NCBI GenBank assembly: GCA_964366415.1
Contig: CAYITG010000001.1
Coordinates: 583,663 to 647,662 of the forward strand
Source: Candidatus Woesearchaeota archaeon
GTDB taxonomy: Archaea; Nanobdellota; Nanobdellia; SCGC-AAA011-G17; UBA489
Direction of reading: 5' to 3'
Length of the DNA: 64,000 nt
In this document: piece by piece, positions 58,221 to 64,000 of the stretch
How positions within the stretch are numbered: the first letter of the stretch is position 1
Layout: each line of letters opens with the position of its first letter
Notes under the pieces: model-generated
Told to the model about the DNA's origin: nothing
Databases searched by the model: none
Seen by the model: the letters and a program-made list of their open reading frames with translations, nothing else
Made by a program: the position numbers and the translations under genes

Positions 58221-59691
58221 AGTTATTGTCTTAAATCCTCCGAGTCCTGACTCCTCTTATATCAATCGAGATCAGATGGGAGGCATGGGCCAGAAAAATA
58301 ATTTTGGTAAAGACATTAAGGCGAAATTTCTTAGCAAACTCAAGAGCAACTTCATTCATCTTCCTGTCGTGCAGCTTGTCTATGCCGCTACGCTTCTCTA
58401 TAACGGTGGATTTGAAGTTAAAGTCATAGATGCTCTCAATGAAAACATGGATGTTGAGATGATGCTCAAGGCAGCATCAGGGTTTAATCCAGATTTTCTT
58501 GTTCTGTCTGTCTCATCAAGCTGCCTTCTTTTTGAGCGTGATGTTGTTGTTAAAAAATTCAAAGAGATTTATCCACATATTATTGTAGTAACTGTTGGCG
58601 ATACGATGACTCATGCTACTGATCAGTTCAAGCAACCTTTTGACATTGCTATTGTTGGAGAAGTTGAACGTGTCATTATAGATATTTGCGGAAAGCGAAA
58701 AAACCTTTCTGAAATTGACGGCATTATTTATTTTGATAAGGGCAATATCGTCTTAAGAAAAGAAAAAGAAGTTTTGCAATCGGAAGATCTGAACAAACTT
58801 CCCTTTCCTCGTTGGGAACTTTTTCCTTATAAAAACTATCAGTATTATCCTTTGTTAATGGATGCTCCTGTAGCAACACTGCAAAGTACGAGAGGTTGCC
58901 CTTATGGTTGCGGTTATTGCTCTTATCCTGTGAACCAAGGCTTACGATGGCGATCTCGATCAGCCGAGCATATTGTTGATGAGATAGAACATGACATTGT
59001 AACATATGGATTTAAAGGGATAGTTTTCAGAGACCCTCTTTTTACTTTGAGCTTGAAACGCATCGAGGAAATGTGTGATCTTATCAAGAAACGAAAACTT
59101 CAATTTATTTTTTCTTTTGAAACACGCCCAGAACTTCTTACTCACGCTATTCTTGATGTTTTGTATGAAGCCGGTTGTCGTTCTATCAACTTCGGAGTTG
59201 AAGACATACACCCAGAGATCTTACGCATGATTGGTAGAAAACCTATCGATCAAGAAAAAATTATTGATATAGTACATTATGCTGAGAAACTTGGCATAAG
59301 GACAACTTGCTTTTTTATTATCGGACTTCCGGGAAGCACAAAAACATCCATTCAGGAAACAATACAATTCTCGCGGAAATTAAATCCTAGTCACGCTGAT
59401 TACAAAATTGCAACACCCTTCCCCGGCACTCCTCTTTACACCATGGCAAAAATGAATAAATGGATTATTGAAGAAGGCTATGATACTCTTGGAGGTTATT
59501 CTGCTACTATGCAGATTAATGATGCACTTACACCAGCATATTTGGAACAAGTTTGTAATGATGCTTTCACTACATTTTATTTGAGGCCTAGTTACTTTTT
59601 TCGTGAAGTCAAAAAAGGAAATATCTTTAAGAAAGGTTATATCGTCCTTAAGAATATCAGACGCAACACACCTCATCAGCATTCTCTTTAA
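58207..59691 (+). CDS. B12-binding domain radical SAM protein
   Basis: N-terminal B12-binding-like domain, TRGCPYGCGYC, TPFPGT. Confidence 0.88.
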   Translation: MQKTKVIVLNPPSPDSSYINRDQMGGMGQKNNFGKDIKAKFLSKLKSNFIHLPVVQLVYAATLLYNGGFEVKVIDALNENMDVEMMLKAASGFNPDFLVLSVSSSCLLFERDVVVKKFKEIYPHIIVVTVGDTMTHATDQFKQPFDIAIVGEVERVIIDICGKRKNLSEIDGIIYFDKGNIVLRKEKEVLQSEDLNKLPFPRWELFPYKNYQYYPLLMDAPVATLQSTRGCPYGCGYCSYPVNQGLRWRSRSAEHIVDEIEHDIVTYGFKGIVFRDPLFTLSLKRIEEMCDLIKKRKLQFIFSFETRPELLTHAILDVLYEAGCRSINFGVEDIHPEILRMIGRKPIDQEKIIDIVHYAEKLGIRTTCFFIIGLPGSTKTSIQETIQFSRKLNPSHADYKIATPFPGTPLYTMAKMNKWIIEEGYDTLGGYSATMQINDALTPAYLEQVCNDAFTTFYLRPSYFFREVKKGNIFKKGYIVLKNIRRNTPHQHSL

Positions 59692-59764
59692 CTTTTCTTA
59701 ACATGGTTTATAAGGGCTTACAGTGCAAAAATTTATAAATGGCGATCAAAATTTTATTAAAAGC

Positions 59765-61342
59765 GTGAAAAAAGCGCATATTATCTTAGGCATTATTCTT
59801 CTCTTAGCATTATCACTACGCATTTATCTCTTTGTCAATGAAACCTTTATGGGTGCTGGAGCAGATGGCATAGGATATTCACGTCTTGGAAAAAATCTTA
59901 TTGAACAAGGAACTTACCATTTCGGAGAGGATTACAATTCTGGCATTCTTCTTCCTTATGGATATCCTCTTTTCATAGGAATTATCAATCTTTTCATTGA
60001 CGATCTGTTCATTACTGGAAAACTGATTTCCCTGCTTGCTAGCTTGATCACTATCTTTCTTTTTTATCTTATTGGAAAAGAATTAGCAGATTATAAAGCG
60101 GGTTTATTTGCCGCGTTCTGCTTTGCTTTTTATCCTTATGTCGTGCACACATCTGTTCTCGTCCAAACCGAATCTCTTTTCTTCATGTTCTTTTCTTTGG
60201 CCATTTACTTTTTTTTACTTCTGTTTAAAGAACAGAAGCTATCTTACCTTATTATTTTTGCAGTTGCTGTTATTTTCAGCCATCTTATACGCACCGAAGG
60301 ACTTCTTCTTCTCATCTTTCCTTTTTTGTTTCTTACGTTTAAAAATAAAAAATCTTTTGTTAAGATGGGCCTTGTTTTTTTCCTTATTTTGATCCTCCTT
60401 GTTTCTCCCTACGTTCTTTTTTTAAAGTCTGAAACAGGGAAATATCAAATTACTGGAAAAGGCGGCATCAATTTTTTAATAGGAGACAAAATCCTTGGCC
60501 AAAATTCAGAAAAGAATATTTATTCCTTGAATGATGAAAAAACTCAGCTTGCAAGTTATGAAATAACGATGAAATACTCTTTTTTTGATTACCTTCTCAG
60601 AGACCCTCTTGGACTTTTTGAGCGTTTTGTCAGAGGCATCCTCGAAGAAATTCGACTCTTAGTATACTTATTACTCCCCCTTCTCTTACCTTTGTTTCTC
60701 TCATTTTTCAATAAAGACTTATTTGAAGACAAAAGAAAATTTGCTCTCTTCTTACTTCCCTTTCTTTTTTTCCTTATGTATCCCTTCTTTTTTATATCCC
60801 AACGATACATGTATGGCATTGTTTTTTTACTTATTCCCGTCTCTTCACTAGGATTTGCTTACGCTGCTCACGCCCTTCGTTCACTTTTTAATTTTTACGA
60901 CGCTAGAAGTTCTATAATCACGCGCTTTTTCATTACTTACATTTCCCACATCATCTTCATTTTCTTTATCATTCCTGCCTTGCTTTACACAGGGCATCTT
61001 GTATTCCATGAAAGAGATGTTCCTACAGAACATATTAATGCTGGCTTGTTCATCAAGAATTTTTCCACTGGCTACGAAACATTAAATGTCATGTCACGAA
61101 AACCATGGGCAAGTTTCTATAGTGATTCACGGTACACGACACTCCCCTATGCCAACTCTACCGACGTCATAACTTTTGCTCGATTTCATCGTGCGGATTA
61201 CATTGTTATTGATGAACGATTGCTTAGCAAGTGGGAACATTATCCTAGCCTTATGAGTATGAATACTTCTTCTCAGGATGTGGAACTTGTTTACGAAGAT
61301 GACTCTCTAAAAAGAATAAAGATATTTAAGCTCAAAAAATAA
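59765..61342 (+). CDS. GT-C (ArnT/PMT-like) membrane glycosyltransferase
   Basis: LRI...DGIGY loop, PYGYP, QTESLF, R.EG, many TMs; GTG start inferred from TATA spacing. Confidence 0.82.
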   Translation: MKKAHIILGIILLLALSLRIYLFVNETFMGAGADGIGYSRLGKNLIEQGTYHFGEDYNSGILLPYGYPLFIGIINLFIDDLFITGKLISLLASLITIFLFYLIGKELADYKAGLFAAFCFAFYPYVVHTSVLVQTESLFFMFFSLAIYFFLLLFKEQKLSYLIIFAVAVIFSHLIRTEGLLLLIFPFLFLTFKNKKSFVKMGLVFFLILILLVSPYVLFLKSETGKYQITGKGGINFLIGDKILGQNSEKNIYSLNDEKTQLASYEITMKYSFFDYLLRDPLGLFERFVRGILEEIRLLVYLLLPLLLPLFLSFFNKDLFEDKRKFALFLLPFLFFLMYPFFFISQRYMYGIVFLLIPVSSLGFAYAAHALRSLFNFYDARSSIITRFFITYISHIIFIFFIIPALLYTGHLVFHERDVPTEHINAGLFIKNFSTGYETLNVMSRKPWASFYSDSRYTTLPYANSTDVITFARFHRADYIVIDERLLSKWEHYPSLMSMNTSSQDVELVYEDDSLKRIKIFKLKK

Positions 61343-61442
61343 CCTAACCTCCCTATTGTACTTAAAATGGTTTTTTTACGCGTTTTATCCCCCACTTACC
61401 CTATAGAAATCTTTTTAAAGCATTTTTTCGCTCTATGTTCCT

Positions 61443-61712
61443 ATGGAATTGGTTCCTTTAGAACAATCAAAAAATAGACTTAAAATAGAGATACGTGGAG
61501 AAGACCACAGTTTTTGCAATATCCTTAAGAAAGAAGTCTGGCATGACAAGAATGTTGACATTGGCGGTTATACTGTTGAGCACAGCCTTGTGAGTCAGCC
61601 TGTTTTTGTTGTTCAAGTTAAAAACGGAGAAGCTAAAAAAACACTTCTTGATGCTGTTGATCGTTTGAAGAAATTAACCAAAGATTTGCGAGAGCAATTC
61701 AAAACATTATAA
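61443..61712 (+). CDS. rpoL: RNA polymerase subunit L (Rpo11)
   Basis: GEDHSFCNIL, GYTVEH. Confidence 0.92.
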   Translation: MELVPLEQSKNRLKIEIRGEDHSFCNILKKEVWHDKNVDIGGYTVEHSLVSQPVFVVQVKNGEAKKTLLDAVDRLKKLTKDLREQFKTL

Positions 61713-62284
61713 TGGCATGGCTAAAAAAAGTATGGCACTTTATCTGGCATGATGATAGTTTAGCGTCGTGGTTGGTTAACCTTGTTCTTGCTTTTGTTCT
61801 TGTCAAATATCTTATTTATCCGGCGCTTGGATTACTTTTTGGAACGAGTTTTCCTATTGTTGCTGTTGTCAGCGGCAGCATGGAGCATGATACCTTAGGT
61901 TTTGATGCATGGTGGGAACGTTCTGGATCGTGGTATGAACAACGTGAGATCAGCAAGGATTATTTTTCTGATTTTCCTTTTCATAATGGCTTTCGCATGG
62001 GAGACATCATGATCTTGCGAGGCATTGCACCGAAAGATATTAAAGTGGGGGATGTGCTCGTGTACGAAAGTTCGCGTCATCCGAATCCAATTATTCATCG
62101 CGTTGTGGATGTTCAAGACATTAATGAAACATATTCCTTCCAATTGAAGGGAGATCATAATTACAGTCCTGACAATGATCTTGTCACGGCTGAACACCTT
62201 CGCCGCACAGGAAAAGCAGTGATGCGGATTCCTTATTTAGGCTGGGTGAAGATATGGTTTGTACGTTTATTGGGGTTGAACTAA
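61712..62284 (+). CDS. signal peptidase I (Sec11/S26B)
   Basis: VVSGSMEH, GD, PIIHRV, KGD.N. Confidence 0.9.
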   Translation: MAWLKKVWHFIWHDDSLASWLVNLVLAFVLVKYLIYPALGLLFGTSFPIVAVVSGSMEHDTLGFDAWWERSGSWYEQREISKDYFSDFPFHNGFRMGDIMILRGIAPKDIKVGDVLVYESSRHPNPIIHRVVDVQDINETYSFQLKGDHNYSPDNDLVTAEHLRRTGKAVMRIPYLGWVKIWFVRLLGLN

Positions 62285-62285
62285 C

Positions 62286-62612
62286 ATGATGTTTTGTGAG
62301 AAATGCGGGGCATTAATGATTCCTAAGAAAGATAGCGAAGGCAAAAAAATTATTGGCTGCAGCAAATGCAGAAATGTCAGCACTAAACGTGAACATTTAA
62401 TTTTACGCGAGCAGGTTGATGACAAGCAACGCAAAATGATTGAAGTTGTTGAGAAACGCGTTGATATCTTGCCTAAAATCAAGGAAGACTGCCCTAAATG
62501 CGGACACAAAGAAGCTTATTATTGGTCTGTCCAAACTCGCGCTGCTGATGAAGCCGAAACTAGGTTCTTTAAATGCGTGAAGTGCGGCCATACGTGGAGA
62601 AGCTATACTTAA
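62286..62612 (+). CDS. tfs: transcription factor S
   Basis: FCEKCG, CPKCG, QTRAADE, FFKCVKC. Confidence 0.95.
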   Translation: MMFCEKCGALMIPKKDSEGKKIIGCSKCRNVSTKREHLILREQVDDKQRKMIEVVEKRVDILPKIKEDCPKCGHKEAYYWSVQTRAADEAETRFFKCVKCGHTWRSYT

Positions 62613-62661
62613 ACCAAAGGTTTATAAATTCTTTAGAGTTTAATGAATTTTGGGGGATCAT

Positions 62662-63408
62662 ATGAAACTTACCTTAGCAGAACCTCGCCTCTTGATCGAT
62701 TCGATCGGTATTATTTCTGAGTTAGTCAATGATGTGCGATTAAAACTTGACACGAATGGCATTGAGCTTATTGCTATGGATCCTGCCAATGTTGCTTTGA
62801 TCATGTTCAAACTGTTAAGCAGTGCTTTTACCGAGTATCAGGTTGACAAGCCTGTTGAGATTGGCGTTAATTTAGAAAATTTGAAAGCTATCTTGAAGAG
62901 AGTGAAACCTGCTGATGTTCTTACCATTGAACTTGATCAAGAAAAAAATAGACTACGTGTTAAATTGAAGAGTGAGAGCGATAAAACATTCCACTTGGCT
63001 CTTATTGATATTGAAGACAAAGAACAAAAGATTCCCGATCTTAATTTTCCTATTAAAGTTGAGATGAACAGCGCCGTGTTGGATGATGCTGTCTATGATA
63101 TGGATGTTGTTGCTGAAAGCGTTGCCTTAAGCGCGCAGAAAGGAAAATTTGTTGTTGAAGCTGAGAGCAACATGAATGACGCTCGCACTGAAATTGCCGA
63201 AGACGGCGAAACAAAAATTATAGGAGCTAAAACAGAGATTAAGTCTAAATACAGCATTGAATATATGAAGAAGATTATCAAAGGTGGAAAATTAGCACCT
63301 CGCGTTTCCTTACAATTCAATAAAGACTATCCTTTACGCGTTGAGTACTTGGTTAAAGACAAATTGAGCCTTAGTATGATCCTTGCTCCGCGTGTTAGTA
63401 ATGATTAA
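62662..63408 (+). CDS. pcn: DNA polymerase sliding clamp PCNA
   Basis: AMDPANVAL, SKYSIEY, LAPRV. Confidence 0.96.
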   Translation: MKLTLAEPRLLIDSIGIISELVNDVRLKLDTNGIELIAMDPANVALIMFKLLSSAFTEYQVDKPVEIGVNLENLKAILKRVKPADVLTIELDQEKNRLRVKLKSESDKTFHLALIDIEDKEQKIPDLNFPIKVEMNSAVLDDAVYDMDVVAESVALSAQKGKFVVEAESNMNDARTEIAEDGETKIIGAKTEIKSKYSIEYMKKIIKGGKLAPRVSLQFNKDYPLRVEYLVKDKLSLSMILAPRVSND

Positions 63409-63450
63409 TCACAACAATATTTATATATTCATTTTCTTCCAATTTTTTTC

Positions 63451-64000
63451 ATGCAACAGAAAACTCTTTTTGCTCTTCTTTTGTTAGTCTTTTCTGTCGT
63501 TTTTAGTTTTCATATGTTTTTTTCTGACTCAGAAGAAACTTTTTCTGGAGAAGCAGTTCGCTTACGCTCGCCAGGCAACCCCAATTTCTTGAATCAAACT
63601 AATCATACTGAGTGCATTAACTATGCTTGTGTTCTTGTTCCTGGTCCAGGCTCTAATCAATGTTCTACAAGCCTTCAATGCGTAAGCAATACTTCCATGA
63701 ATTCAACAACACAACGCGTTCCTGTTCCTTATCCGGCTTCAACAAAGAGAGTTTTTGTCACTTCCACCTACTATAGCGCTCATCTTGGAGGATATAATGG
63801 CGGCGTGCAAAAATGCATGCAACTTTCAGCACTTGCAAACTTAGGAGGCCAATGGACAGCATGGTTGAGTGTCCAAACAAACACTACGACGATTCATGCC
63901 CGCAATGCCCTCCCCAATGCAAAATATGTTTTATTGAATGGACAAACTATTGCTCAGAATAAAGCAGATCTTATTGATGGCACGATTGCACATGCCATTG
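63451..64000 (+). CDS. exported protein with DUF1554/endostatin-like C-type-lectin-fold domain, truncated by the window end
   Basis: Manual translation: TM, FSGEAV, then KRVFVTS..Y...LGG.....C...A..ANLGG.W.AWLS. Confidence 0.75.
   Translation, partial: MQQKTLFALLLLVFSVVFSFHMFFSDSEETFSGEAVRLRSPGNPNFLNQTNHTECINYACVLVPGPGSNQCSTSLQCVSNTSMNSTTQRVPVPYPASTKRVFVTSTYYSAHLGGYNGGVQKCMQLSALANLGGQWTAWLSVQTNTTTIHARNALPNAKYVLLNGQTIAQNKADLIDGTIAHAI

Noticed and set aside
3674-63320. Numerous antisense and alternate-frame ORFs such as 3674-4183, 26160-26585, 46988-47428 and 52443-53030
   Set aside because: They overlap confidently identified genes and lack motifs or start signals
41451-64000. Diversity-generating retroelement acting on the lectin-like genes
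   Set aside because: No reverse transcriptase and no adenine-specific template/variable repeat pair seen in this window

Overview
Gene-dense, AT-rich archaeal chromosome segment. Gene content and style point to a DPANN archaeon of the Woesearchaeota/Pacearchaeota type (inference, no phylogeny run). Core genes include rpa, radA, ef1b, aIF2a, nop10, GINS, ftsY, srp54, bud32, cbf5, truD, cysS, valS, aRF1, scpB, rpoL, tfs, pcn, seven ribosomal proteins and three intron-less tRNAs (Arg-GCG, Gln-TTG, Phe-GAA). These are interleaved with a large surface repertoire: nine class III signal-peptide (pilin-like) genes plus a prepilin peptidase, lipoproteins, dockerin-like proteins, a 3xLamG giant protein and a glycosylation island. 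Strongest observations: (1) a 32-bp promoter block with an ACT(T/C)GTCAAGT pseudo-palindrome at identical spacing from the TATA box precedes both the radA operon and the LAGLIDADG-endonuclease Q operon, a candidate DNA-repair regulon box; (2) three perfect 36-bp DNA repeats mark the otherwise diverged modules of the LamG gene; (3) a free-standing HTH-LAGLIDADG gene sits between that promoter and endoQ; (4) a pilin-like protein carries an apparently degenerate Amidase_3 fold; (5) a TM-then-[TS]GxxV motif recurs in unrelated exported proteins. No CRISPR array, rRNA, integrase or transposase was seen. All family calls are by motif recognition, not database search.
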